Shown: one piece after another, positions 1 to 10,067 of the stretch
Position numbering within the stretch: position 1 is the stretch's first letter
Layout of the letters: each line of letters opens with the position of its first letter
Assembly (NCBI GenBank): GCA_002811645.1
Contig: PDIP01000004.1
Span: 1 to 64,000 of the forward strand
Reading direction: 5' to 3'
Length of the DNA stretch: 64,000 nt
Source of the DNA: Corallochytrium limacisporum Hawaii
Taxonomy: Eukaryota > Protista > Pluriformea
Notes under the pieces: generated by a model
Told to the model about the DNA's origin: nothing
Databases searched by the model: none
The model's input: only the letters and a program-made list of their open reading frames with translations
Translations under genes and position numbers: made by a program

Positions 1-241
1 GATTTATTTGATTCAAAGAAGGTTGCGACCCTATAAACCTAAATTCCTCCTTAACTTATGGGGCAGAGGTTGGTAATATATTGGCAATTTTTTTACCTCC
101 TTTTTTTTTCTTTTGGCCCGAGGCAGATAAGGGGCCAGGCCGGCAATTTTTTTTTCTTTAAACCTTTTCGCTGGACGGTCTCCGCGGAGATGGGAAAAAG
201 GCGAATGAGGGACGGAAACTGGGGACGACTTTTGGTCCACG

Positions 242-269
242 ACACACACACACACGCAGACACACACAC
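242..269. repeat. imperfect (CA)n microsatellite
   Basis: acacacacacacacgcagacacacacac read directly. Confidence 0.85.
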
Positions 270-306
270 GCCGGAGAGTTTTATCAAAACGCTCTTTGGG
301 TCGTTC

Positions 307-309
<3 letters not shown>

Positions 310-362
<53 letters not shown>
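310..362. repeat. (TG)26 microsatellite
   Basis: perfect TG dinucleotide run. Confidence 0.97.
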
Positions 363-364
<2 letters not shown>

Positions 365-544
365 CTGTTGGGAAGGAGGGAGGGAGGGGGAGGTACTGTG
401 TGCCCAGTGACGCCGGGAGTGTGAGGGTGCACAGTGGGGAAGGGGGGGAGGGGGGAGGGGGGGAGTAAAGGGAGAGAAAAGTGGAAATTCAAACACTCCC
501 AGATTTCGAACTCTCTTGACAACTTGGGCACCGTTGAACCTTGG

Positions 545-573
545 CACACACACATATATATATATATATACAC
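545..573. repeat. compound (CA)n(TA)n microsatellite
   Basis: cacacacacatatatatatatatatacac. Confidence 0.9.
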
Positions 574-746
574 CGAAGAACTTACGCATTTAGGGACAGC
601 CAGAGCTTTGAACTGACCGGTCCTGTGTTTACAAAGGACTACATCCATCTGCATGGCGCCCAAATAAAGGAGCAGAAACCCTTTCGGAAGATAGAGTGGC
701 TTTTGGTCCTGAGAGGAATCAAATAAAGTTACGAAGTGCCGGCTTC

Positions 747-765
747 GTGTGTGTGTGTGTGTGTG
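747..765. repeat. (GT)n microsatellite
   Basis: gtgtgtgtgtgtgtgtgtg. Confidence 0.9.
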
Positions 766-1120
766 CATCGAATACGTTGTCCAAGTTACGCGGCGCTGAA
801 TCGATTGGATTTGGCCGCTGAGCGAGGCTTACTCTTCGTCTGTTCTCGCTTTGTCGTTTCGTGCTCTGCAAGATTGTTTGAGAGGATCGGATTGGGTAGG
901 GATCCCAGTTGAACTCTGGTATATCAGGTCGGTATCCTATTGTACTTGTTGATACGCACACCAACAGTATGAGTTCATAGTTCGAATAAACACATCTGTA
1001 CGCAAAAAGCGAGCGCAAGCACTCGCCTCCTTTGTTACCAAGTAACGCACCATGTAGACAGGGGCAAACAAAGGAGAAGCCAATCTGCAAGATCGGCTTG
1101 GTCACAGTGCAGACTTAAAC

Positions 1121-3400
1121 ATGATAGAGTCACGGTATGCTAATGGCGACTTTGTTTCGCCGTACGGATCTGCTTTGCGGCTCTGGGGAGGTCCATATGA
1201 TGATGGAGGGTTACCTCCCGTTCACCAGAGACAGCAGCAGCACGTTCGGCCATCTTATGACATCTATCGCCAGCAACAGACTTATGAATATCAGGAGCCC
1301 ATAGACAATAGCGAATTATACGTAGACCAAACTCACCGGTCATGGTACGGTGGTACCTACAGCCGTAACTACAAGCAGACAGAACGCCGTCGAATGGAAC
1401 GGTTAGCCCAGGAGTCCATACTAAGGAAACATGAGAAGGAGGCTCGACAGCGGCAGCTTCGGGAGGACAGCATCCAGAGACAGAAATGTTTTGAGCAGCG
1501 GCAGCAGGAACTTGAGCGGAGCGAGGAAGAGCGCCTTAAGAAGGCACTGGAGCACCGGAAGACCCAGATCCATGCATATCGGCCGCCGAGAATTGTGAGT
1601 GCTCCTCCGAATGTTCGTCATGCAGAGCACTTACGCAAACAAAGTGCTACAACCAAGCCAGTCGCTTGGCCAAAACAATTGCCTCCCTTGGAAGGAGAGA
1701 CTAAGACTTCTGTAAATGATCAGAGCTCCTCATACAGCAGTAAGCTCAAGAGTACTTCTGTAATTCAACTCGAACCGTCACGACCGGAAGCATGGGGACT
1801 CCGGAAGTCTGCTAAGGCAACAAAGGACAAACACGCAAAGTCTGAGGACGCTTCTGCAACCCCTGGCAGCGCAACGAATGTGATGTACTCCACAGCTTCA
1901 GAGCGAACAAAACCCGTGAAGGCAGTCCACGATTCAAAGGTCTCTCAGCGGTCTGCGCGGATGCGCGTTCACAGTCAGCCGCAACCCCCGAAGGAGCCCC
2001 CGAAGCCTGGCCATCGGCGAAGGTCCTCCGCTGAGCTCTACGGAGTGGCGAAGCAGCCCAACATCGAGACCACAACCAAGACGTCCAAGGGACAAAGTCG
2101 CTCACAGTGTGGATGCACCCCGTTCGCCGGCGACGGTGCCATGGAGAAAGACCAGGTCTATATTCACAATGATGACCTACTCTCAAGTCTTTCCGCCCCT
2201 GTGCTGGACAAGGTTATGGAGACCAAGAGCAATATCAAGAAACCGGATTTTGAACTGGACAAGTTGAACGGCGACCTGTACACTGAGAATGAGATTTTCA
2301 GTGACAACGACATGGACTCTCTGGATGACGAGGACCACCAAAGATTCCGAGCTCTCGTCGCTCAGGGACTGTCCACTGTTGACTCATTGGATCTAGAACT
2401 ATCCAACGATAGCAATACCCTGAGCACGGCCAGGCTCCGTGCCCGTCGCGAGGGTGTCAGTGCTCTGCGGAAGAGGGTCAGTTTCAGCAAGCAGGATATC
2501 AGCATGGACGATGATGCTCTTCCGCATTCGGCATCAGTCAGTTTGATTGTCCACAAGCCAATTCTTAAACCGTCGCAGGCAGATTGTGACAACAACAACA
2601 AGCAGCAGACACCTGTGTTTGACGCAAGGAAAACCAGGCCGCAACCGCAGGACCACTCTCAGCAGCGATCGATCATCAGCACCCCTCCACTGCACCCTGC
2701 ACAACAGGTGCCCTTCCACTACCCCTCCGAACTCGAACTTGACACTCCGGACACGTCGATGGATCGCCCCAATACCAATGAGGTGATCAAGATGGCCAAG
2801 AGTTTCCGTGGACCAGACACCTACGCACCAACGCGCCTGGTCGATGGTCCGCCGTCAGGCGACATCAATGTCACAGAGAGTGGTCTATGGCGGCGCATGA
2901 ACGGTGTGGAAGACATGAAACCAAACAAATCACGCGTGAAGAAGCTGACGGAGGAGGAAATGCGCGTGGAGGCGTCTTTGGACCGCCTCAACGAACGTAT
3001 GATGCAGCTGAGTAGAGCCACGAGCGAAATCGATATCGCGCCAACAACAGCTCTCAAGCAGCAAAAGGTTGTTCCAAAGCAGCCACTAGCTGGAGAGACA
3101 ATGTCTCTTGCCCAGCTACGCAAGCATCACTCTGATGGCGACCTCCAGCAGCAGCACCCAAAACCTGATGCTCAAGCACCTGTTGCTGTACCGGAGGCGC
3201 GAAGGCGTCGCCTTCCGCAACGGGGTGCGTCCACTTTCCACGTTACTCCGAGGCAGAAAGCCATGAGTATGAGCGCCCTGTCGGGCTGTGCGGTAATGAG
3301 TCGCGGAGGCATGTCACCGTACCAACAGATGCATAGTTACAACTACAACGCAGGGCTTGCTCCCGGAGTGCGCCTGCAGCCACCGCCCGGAAGGCGATAG
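1121..3400 (+). CDS. hypothetical protein, coiled-coil and largely disordered
   Basis: 759-aa ATG-initiated ORF with an E/R/Q-rich coiled coil (about aa 85-150) and low-complexity remainder; no recognised domain. Confidence 0.75.
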   Translation: MIESRYANGDFVSPYGSALRLWGGPYDDGGLPPVHQRQQQHVRPSYDIYRQQQTYEYQEPIDNSELYVDQTHRSWYGGTYSRNYKQTERRRMERLAQESILRKHEKEARQRQLREDSIQRQKCFEQRQQELERSEEERLKKALEHRKTQIHAYRPPRIVSAPPNVRHAEHLRKQSATTKPVAWPKQLPPLEGETKTSVNDQSSSYSSKLKSTSVIQLEPSRPEAWGLRKSAKATKDKHAKSEDASATPGSATNVMYSTASERTKPVKAVHDSKVSQRSARMRVHSQPQPPKEPPKPGHRRRSSAELYGVAKQPNIETTTKTSKGQSRSQCGCTPFAGDGAMEKDQVYIHNDDLLSSLSAPVLDKVMETKSNIKKPDFELDKLNGDLYTENEIFSDNDMDSLDDEDHQRFRALVAQGLSTVDSLDLELSNDSNTLSTARLRARREGVSALRKRVSFSKQDISMDDDALPHSASVSLIVHKPILKPSQADCDNNNKQQTPVFDARKTRPQPQDHSQQRSIISTPPLHPAQQVPFHYPSELELDTPDTSMDRPNTNEVIKMAKSFRGPDTYAPTRLVDGPPSGDINVTESGLWRRMNGVEDMKPNKSRVKKLTEEEMRVEASLDRLNERMMQLSRATSEIDIAPTTALKQQKVVPKQPLAGETMSLAQLRKHHSDGDLQQQHPKPDAQAPVAVPEARRRRLPQRGASTFHVTPRQKAMSMSALSGCAVMSRGGMSPYQQMHSYNYNAGLAPGVRLQPPPGRR

Positions 3401-3572
3401 ATAAGGAGAGAGCGATTGGAAGTCATTAAATTAGCCAAATTAAAGAAATCTATCCTTCACGTACAAACCCGTATCGTAGAACAGAACGGCCCGGTATTGT
3501 GTTACGCTATTGTGTCATATTCTTGTCGTTAAATTTTTTGTTTATATGATCCTCGTAGAGGAAACTCTAGAT

Positions 3573-3878
3573 CTACTCCCGAGCAGCAAGCTCACGACGA
3601 CGGTCCAGAACGTCAACATTTACATTGGAAGCCTCACGCTGGTTAATACGGCTTGTGGGCATACGGTTGGTGTAGACAATGCTTCGCTCAGCCAAGCGTT
3701 CCTCCTTTTGTTTCTGAATCATCGCAAGGTGCTCCCGCCGTTTACGGTATATTTCTTCGGGATCCTCAATCTGAGAGGCGAAGAAACGGGTGAGAACATT
3801 GTCAGGGTCCTGGTTAAGCTTGACCAAACCCGCGACAGCCACAAAGGGCACGCCGAACCATAGCAGCGCTCTCGACAT
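3573..3878 (-). CDS. small single-TM protein, possibly a mitochondrial complex I accessory subunit (NDUFB5/17.8 kDa-like)
   Basis: 101 aa with N-terminal hydrophobic helix (LLWFGVPFVAVAGLV), then 'NVLTRFF' and a charged helix. Candidate intron immediately upstream (GTATGT..TACAG, about 3880-3955), so the N-terminus may be incomplete. Confidence 0.5.
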   Translation of the reverse strand: MSRALLWFGVPFVAVAGLVKLNQDPDNVLTRFFASQIEDPEEIYRKRREHLAMIQKQKEERLAERSIVYTNRMPTSRINQREASNVNVDVLDRRRELAARE

Positions 3879-4632
3879 TCTGTACTTAAACGATCCCGGC
3901 TCGAGTTAACTTGTCAGAATATTTATGCATGTCAATGTGTGTGTTGGGCACATACTTGAAGTAACTTATAGCTCTTTGACTTGAATCGTCCTGTAATTTG
4001 ATGCTGACCTACAATTATTAACTTCTACTGCGTTCGGATGAGTGCATAGTACAAATCATTGTTGCACATCAACACATCACGAACGCGCAGGGAAACATGG
4101 GCCACGAAGGCCCCCTCCCCAACACACCAGATCTAGCCAGTTCATTCTCTCAGTGAACCGACCTAGGCCCAAACAAACTAGGACGACACCGGTCCGGGTA
4201 TACTGAAAGTACCAGGCTCCGTGGCCCTTAGGCCACCCTCAGTTCACACGCAGCCCCCAACTAAAACAGGCAGGAAAAAGAAACAGGGAGCAATTTCAAA
4301 TATTGCATTGATAGGTATATTAAATACATGGGACAAGAGAACTGGACTCCCGGGTTTTGGGCGCGAAAAGAAAGAAAAAGAGTAGCAAAGAGGTCCCTGG
4401 TTGGTCTGTGGGCAGGGAACACAAAGACATGGTGGTCGGTGACATATGAAATCTACTACAGAATGGTCCAGCCGGTGCTCTATCAAACAGCAATTTTGTG
4501 TATAAAATGGAACCTCGACCAAATTCGTACAGCTATACTATTTGCAAAACCTAGAAGAAAGTACATAGGCTCGTGATCGTGTGTGAGAAGGACACTTGCA
4601 AGAAAGTACAAGTCAGCTTGCTGCAAACAAAG

Positions 4633-6129
4633 ATGCCGGCGGTAGACACGCAAATTGACCAGGATCCTCCTGTGCAGGAGGAGCCGCAGCGATCCCGACG
4701 CAAAACAGCCAAAAAGCAGCAGAGGTCTGCAGCTGGTAAGAAGCCTAGTGCTGCGTACTATGTCGGATATGTCGACGATATGGAAAGTGTGGAGAGCATC
4801 ATGAAGAAGTTTGCTGCCCTGGAGGAAGTGCAAAAGAAGACAGACGAAGGCTCTTCCGCAGGTGACAAGAGTAAGAGTGGCATGGACGACAAGGCATTAG
4901 AAGAAGTCTTCAAGCAGACCTCCCACTACAGTGTGAACCAGCTTACTAAAGACCCTGAAGCTGCGTATCTGGATGAGTTCGATCACTTGGATAACAATGA
5001 TCTACGTGATCTTTTGCATGGAGAGGACGTGGTCAATGCTGATGACTTCTTTGAGGAAGAAGATGACATGGATAATGAAAAACTCGACTGGGAGTGGGGT
5101 TCAAAACGGAAAGATGGCAAAACTGGTGTTCGTGGAAAAGGGTTCGACCGCGAGGCACTGCTGCGTCGCTACCGTATTATGCAGATGCAGCTCCAGGATC
5201 ACAACGGGCATGCCTACACCATTACCAAACAGATTCGCATCGTCGACCCTTCTCTACCGATCTTTGTGCGCATTCCACCACAGCCGCTGCCCCTACCTTG
5301 GGGCAAGACGCTCAGCTGGGATTTAATGCCGTCCTCATTGCCGCTTAGCACCGGAGCAGACGATCTGCCAGAACGATGCCATGTGTACGAGGCTGACATT
5401 GTGGAGGACAACATTGGTCAGACACTAAAGGGATATGCCTTTGAAGGTATTTACATTGACGCCCCTTGGTTACGCAAGGGCCAGGACCCAGAGGCTCCTG
5501 AGAGCAAAAATCACATCGCCATCACAGAGCTGGCCAACTGGAAATGGATCCAGCAGCTGGTGCCCTTCGGCTTCGTCTTCATCTGGATAGAAAAAGAACA
5601 CATCCCACTGGTCTTTAAAACCCTCGAAAACTGGGGCTTTGTGTATGTAGAGAATCTCTGCTGGGTCCGCCGTGAGCCAAACGGAAAGTTCACCACGGAC
5701 GACTACGAAATGCTTCGAGAGGCCAAGAGCACACTGTTCATATTCCGTCGACCGCGCAAGGACCGCTCTGCCACTACGCCCGATGTCGATCTTCGCCATC
5801 AGCGCAACTCTGACGTTCTCTTTGACTTCGTACCCTCCAAATTTGGTGATTCTGACCGTCATCCGTGCTGCCGCAAGCCCGATAAGATCTTCGACACAAT
5901 CGAAACCTTGCTGCCGAACGGTCTGGCCAAGGAAGACAAGATCGAGTCCTACAAACTACTCGATCTCTTCACTCACGACAATGCAAAGCGTGAAGGATGG
6001 GTCCATGTGTACCACACTGGGTTTGAAGATATTGAAATGGATTCTAAGCGCATCTCAGATGGTTGGAATGCTGAAGATGCTCTGTGCGATGCGGTCCGGC
6101 TAGTAACTGTCGAGGATGACACAGAGTGA
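4633..6129 (+). CDS. MT-A70 family protein, AMT6/7 (MTA9)-like subunit of a DNA N6-adenine methyltransferase complex
   Basis: MT-A70 signatures IYIDAPW (degenerate DPPW), GFVFIWIEKE, WGFVYVENLCW, LRHQRNSDVLFDF, RKPDKIFDTIETLLP, LLDLF..REGW; first ATG at 4633. Confidence 0.8.
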   Translation: MPAVDTQIDQDPPVQEEPQRSRRKTAKKQQRSAAGKKPSAAYYVGYVDDMESVESIMKKFAALEEVQKKTDEGSSAGDKSKSGMDDKALEEVFKQTSHYSVNQLTKDPEAAYLDEFDHLDNNDLRDLLHGEDVVNADDFFEEEDDMDNEKLDWEWGSKRKDGKTGVRGKGFDREALLRRYRIMQMQLQDHNGHAYTITKQIRIVDPSLPIFVRIPPQPLPLPWGKTLSWDLMPSSLPLSTGADDLPERCHVYEADIVEDNIGQTLKGYAFEGIYIDAPWLRKGQDPEAPESKNHIAITELANWKWIQQLVPFGFVFIWIEKEHIPLVFKTLENWGFVYVENLCWVRREPNGKFTTDDYEMLREAKSTLFIFRRPRKDRSATTPDVDLRHQRNSDVLFDFVPSKFGDSDRHPCCRKPDKIFDTIETLLPNGLAKEDKIESYKLLDLFTHDNAKREGWVHVYHTGFEDIEMDSKRISDGWNAEDALCDAVRLVTVEDDTE

Positions 6130-6138
6130 AAGAAATCA

Positions 6139-6453
6139 TCAGAAATGAGAACTTACCTCTGTGTCCTGGGTAATGCCATGGTAGTAGTACATGAGAATGG
6201 CACCCGTGAAGAAGAAGACGTTACCAAGGACTGCGAATACGTTAACCACTTCCGAAAACATGGAGTAAGCCGCAAGCTGCTTTAACACAATACAAGCAAA
6301 CGAGTATAGCAGAGCAGCACGGTGACCGGTGTCAATGTACTTGTGGCTAGCCTTGCCAGTTCGCATAGTTCGGTACTTCATGACACCGCCGAATAGTGCA
6401 AGGAGCATGCAACTTGCAGAGCCCGCGAGTGCGTAGACTTCTGCCGGTTCCAT
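6139..6453 (-). CDS. small multi-TM membrane protein resembling a bacterial hypothetical family, possibly 3'-truncated or spliced
   Basis: three hydrophobic segments; motif KY..M...G.A.H.YID..HRAALLYSFA; GTAAGT donor at 6156 just before the stop. Confidence 0.55.
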   Translation of the reverse strand: MEPAEVYALAGSASCMLLALFGGVMKYRTMRTGKASHKYIDTGHRAALLYSFACIVLKQLAAYSMFSEVVNVFAVLGNVFFFTGAILMYYYHGITQDTEVSSHF

Positions 6454-7115
6454 TGCTTGGAATGCTGCGGTTTGTTTGTCAACAAATTTAAGAGAAGAAA
6501 GGGGTGGGTTAGTACGTGCCCGTAAGCGACACCTTGCGGGTGGAAAGAAAACTTACCTTGGAGTCGAGCCTTGAAGATCCAGTGAAGATGTTCATGATTG
6601 CAAGGATTAAGCTTCGGTACAGGTCTGTCTTTCGGCACAGAGTGTATCTGCTGTCTTTCAGATCCCAATCATTAAATGCATGGACCTGCTGTCCTAAACA
6701 CCAGCATAGCGTTCCACTGCGCACATACGTGACCCGCCATCCCGTCCCAACGTTCTTTACGGCCCCTGCTGATCTGCGAAACCCCCGCCATCGATATTTC
6801 AGATTTTTGGTTGTTTCAAAATAGATCAATACATCGGGGTTCGGGGTATGGTCGTATTTTAGCCGGAATGCGGGATATATTGATATATTTGGTTACACAG
6901 GGCGGGGGCGGGATCTTTAACCCGCCCTGCCTCCCAAATCAGAGGAAAGTGCTTTGAATATATTGATTAGATCCAAGCGGGAAAGAGAAACCCCCCGGGG
7001 GGGGGACACCCCGTGGGGTACGGTACTAGTGGGTTCGCATTGGCTCGTTCTCAGGTACCTCATCCCCCATGGATATATAAGGTATACCAACAACAAAAAG
7101 AAGTGAACCGTGGCC

Positions 7116-7970
7116 ATGAGCATAGGAGAATATTCCGTCTCAAGTGCAGAGCCTGAAATGAAGAAAAACTACGGCGGATATGACATCTGCATTCCTGTGG
7201 ATCCCTCGATCGGAGCTACCCCGCCAGAGGTGTCCTGCTTTGGATTGGGTACCTCCAGACGAGACACAGTATGTAGTGTCAAGAATGGTGCAAGCGTTAA
7301 CGTAAGCAAGATTATGTATTGCCCCCATGCCAATGGAACACACACGGAAACAATCGCGCACGCCGTAAAGGACTTTGGAGAGAATTTTACCGCATACAGC
7401 CTTATTGATCAGCAAGAGACGTTGTTCATGAAGGGTGCCCTGATCTCGGTACAACTCGAGACGTTTGGTGAGTCGGGAGATACATACAATGGTAGAGCAT
7501 GTGACCCCAATGACACCGTCATCAGCGTCCGTCAGTTGATGAAAGCGATTGAAAAGTGCTCTATCCTCGACGACACTACAGCTCTAGTGGTTCGGACTTT
7601 ACCAAACCCGGAGGACAAGCTGCACAGGAATTACACAGACACAAATCCTGCATACTTCACAAAGGAGGCCATCAGTTACATCACACACACGTTGAAAATC
7701 CGGCATCTGCTAGTGGATCTGCCTAGCATGGACAAGGAAAATGACGGCGGCTTGTTGATGGCACATCGGATATTTTGGAAGATCTGGCCAGCCCAGCAGG
7801 ACGAAACAGGCCCGTACGAACGCCAGGACTGCTCCATTACCGAGCTATGCTATGTCAAACCAGAGATCCCGGACGGTCCGTACAAGGTTAGTTTACTCAT
7901 GAGTCCCATCAAGGATGATGCCGTGCCCAGCCGGCCGATCCTCTTCCCCATAGAATCCATCCTCAGTTGA
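7116..7970 (+). CDS. metal-dependent cyclase / kynurenine formamidase (KynB-like) family
   Basis: PHANGTHTE metal motif, HLLVDLPSMDKENDGGLLMAH, ITEL, DAVPSRP. Confidence 0.85.
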   Translation: MSIGEYSVSSAEPEMKKNYGGYDICIPVDPSIGATPPEVSCFGLGTSRRDTVCSVKNGASVNVSKIMYCPHANGTHTETIAHAVKDFGENFTAYSLIDQQETLFMKGALISVQLETFGESGDTYNGRACDPNDTVISVRQLMKAIEKCSILDDTTALVVRTLPNPEDKLHRNYTDTNPAYFTKEAISYITHTLKIRHLLVDLPSMDKENDGGLLMAHRIFWKIWPAQQDETGPYERQDCSITELCYVKPEIPDGPYKVSLLMSPIKDDAVPSRPILFPIESILS

Positions 7971-8556
7971 ATTGATCAGTTGGTTGACGAAATAGAATTG
8001 GGTCGACATCTTTGTGCATCCCAACGGAGCCATAGGTCCTATACAGTACTGTAGTTTGCATCAAAGCTTTCATGAGTCAGCGAGCGACGTGCATCGAGTA
8101 TCAGTGGAGAGCGTCCTCCCTCACTGGCCAAGGAAAATGAATTGCGCAAAAAATCGCCGTTCTATTTTTGGGCGGCTCTGGGTGTTTGGGTACCGCTTTT
8201 GACCGAGATGGCAGAAAATTGACCAGAGAAGGATTCGGCGTGAGATGAGGCGATCGTGCTCGTGTGCAATAGTGAATACACTGCGCAGGGCAGGGGCACC
8301 CCCCGTTGGATGACTCTCATGAGACACCGGTTCCTCCTCCGTACGGGTTCGAGTTTGGGGATGATACGCGCAGTGAGGAAGGGTGGCATTGGCTTGGTGG
8401 GATGGCGTCGCCTCTGTGACCGTGCGCAGATTGTGTCGGAAACCGGCGGGCGTGCTGTGGAGCAAATCAGGTACTTAAGGCATTGAACCTGTTAAAGTAA
8501 TAGTCACTGCATCGAAAGCTTTAACACGTACTGAGAATTTTTCTTGTATACAAATC

Positions 8557-9588
8557 ATGCCGCAACAAGTTCGCAAATGGCAGGTCCAGCGCCTGGACAC
8601 TGATTTCCGCACGGCATGCCAGCTAATCCAGGACACTTGCCCCTCACCTCAGGCAAACCAGGTCACTGTTGCGCCGATCTGGGCTGGAATTAACGCTTCC
8701 GACGTAAATTTTGTGGCTGGTCGCTACAATCCTGGCCTGAAGCCACCCTTTGATGCTGGCATGGAGTGTATCGGCAAGGTCACTGATGTGGGTAAAGACG
8801 TACGCAATGTTCGGAAAGGCGACATTGTCAATGTGGGATTGCCCGGCTGCTTCTCTGATGCCTATAATGTCAATGCCAAGGGCTGCCTTAAGGTCCCCAT
8901 GGCTGACCCTCGGCTGCTAACCATCTCCGTGAGTGGGCTCACCGCCGCTCTGGCCCTGGATATTACCGGTGAAATGAAGGCCGGAGAGACCGTGTTGGTC
9001 ACTGCTGCTGCCGGTGGAACTGGTGTCTGGGCTTGCCAGCTGGCCAAACTTGCCGGATGTCATGTTATTGGCACCTGCTCCACTCCTGAGAAAGTTGAGT
9101 TCTTGAAATCCATTGGAGTAGATCGCCCCATCAACTACAAGAAGGAGCGCCTGGGTGATGTTCTGAAGCGGGAGTACCCCAAGGGCGTCGATATTGTATA
9201 TGAGAGCGTTGGTGGACAGATGTTCGAGGACTCTGTGGATAACCTCGCCGTGAAGGGTCGATGCATCATCATCGGTTTCATCGAATCTTACAAGGGCAAG
9301 AGCTTTACGAAGGGTCAGCAAACCATCGGACTTACCCCGCGACTGCTCATGAAGTCTTCTAGTGTCCGTGGATTCTTCCTTCCCCAGTTCCAGGAACACT
9401 TTGGCGAGTACTCTAGGAAGTTGGCCAACCTGATCATGGCGGGAAAGATTAAAGGTGTTGTGGACCCGGATTGCGAGAACGGTAAGTTCACCGGTGTGGC
9501 GTCTGTTCCCGATGCAATCGACTACATGTACCGCGGCGGCAACGTTGGCAAAGTGGTCGTGAAGATCCAGAACGAATCTCGCTTGTAA
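8557..9588 (+). CDS. PTGR3: prostaglandin reductase 3 / ZADH2-like MDR oxidoreductase with PTS1
   Basis: GINASDVNF..GRY, PPFDAGME, VLVTAAAGGTG, YPKGVDIVYESVGG, GKVVV; ends in -SRL. Confidence 0.88.
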   Translation: MPQQVRKWQVQRLDTDFRTACQLIQDTCPSPQANQVTVAPIWAGINASDVNFVAGRYNPGLKPPFDAGMECIGKVTDVGKDVRNVRKGDIVNVGLPGCFSDAYNVNAKGCLKVPMADPRLLTISVSGLTAALALDITGEMKAGETVLVTAAAGGTGVWACQLAKLAGCHVIGTCSTPEKVEFLKSIGVDRPINYKKERLGDVLKREYPKGVDIVYESVGGQMFEDSVDNLAVKGRCIIIGFIESYKGKSFTKGQQTIGLTPRLLMKSSSVRGFFLPQFQEHFGEYSRKLANLIMAGKIKGVVDPDCENGKFTGVASVPDAIDYMYRGGNVGKVVVKIQNESRL

Positions 9589-10067
9589 AGCATGCCTGAC
9601 ATTACATCCACTACTCTCTTTGAGAATACAAAGTTCTATCCAATGCTCCATCATCGTAGCCCGGCGTGCTCGGGAAAGTCATACTATACATCCCTTTAGA
9701 CTACCGTCCCTGCCTCCCCACTCATTCTCTTTCACATCCCTACGTTGTGTACCAGAGGTGGGGAACCCACACTGCTGAATGGGAAAGCGGAGGGAAACAA
9801 AAGGTGGCTAAAAATACATACATAGGGCGAGTAAGGTAGCGGGGCTGGCGAAAACAAACGGTGGCTGTGCAGCAGCCGTACCCTTGTGAGGCCGAAGTTG
9901 CGCCAAGGTACTCAAGACTTCGAGTATAGATGTTTGGGTCCAAGAAATTTTTTTCATTGTGGTTATTTGACTCGATCTTCTGTGCTATCTGGGTGTTAGA
10001 ACGTTAATCGCGTATCGCAATGTAAACTTGGCTGTCAAAGTTTCTTTCCTCTCAAACGGCTTACGCA

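Noticed and set aside
31-768. ORFs of 245 and 136 aa with HTHT/CVCV runs
   Set aside because: Translations of microsatellites and G-runs in promoter DNA
6118-6165. 9-bp inverted repeat GACACAGAG at the ends of two convergent genes
   Set aside because: Too short to distinguish from chance
8917-9654. Long antisense ORFs opposite PTGR3, PSME4 and others
   Set aside because: Shadow ORFs caused by codon bias of the sense gene
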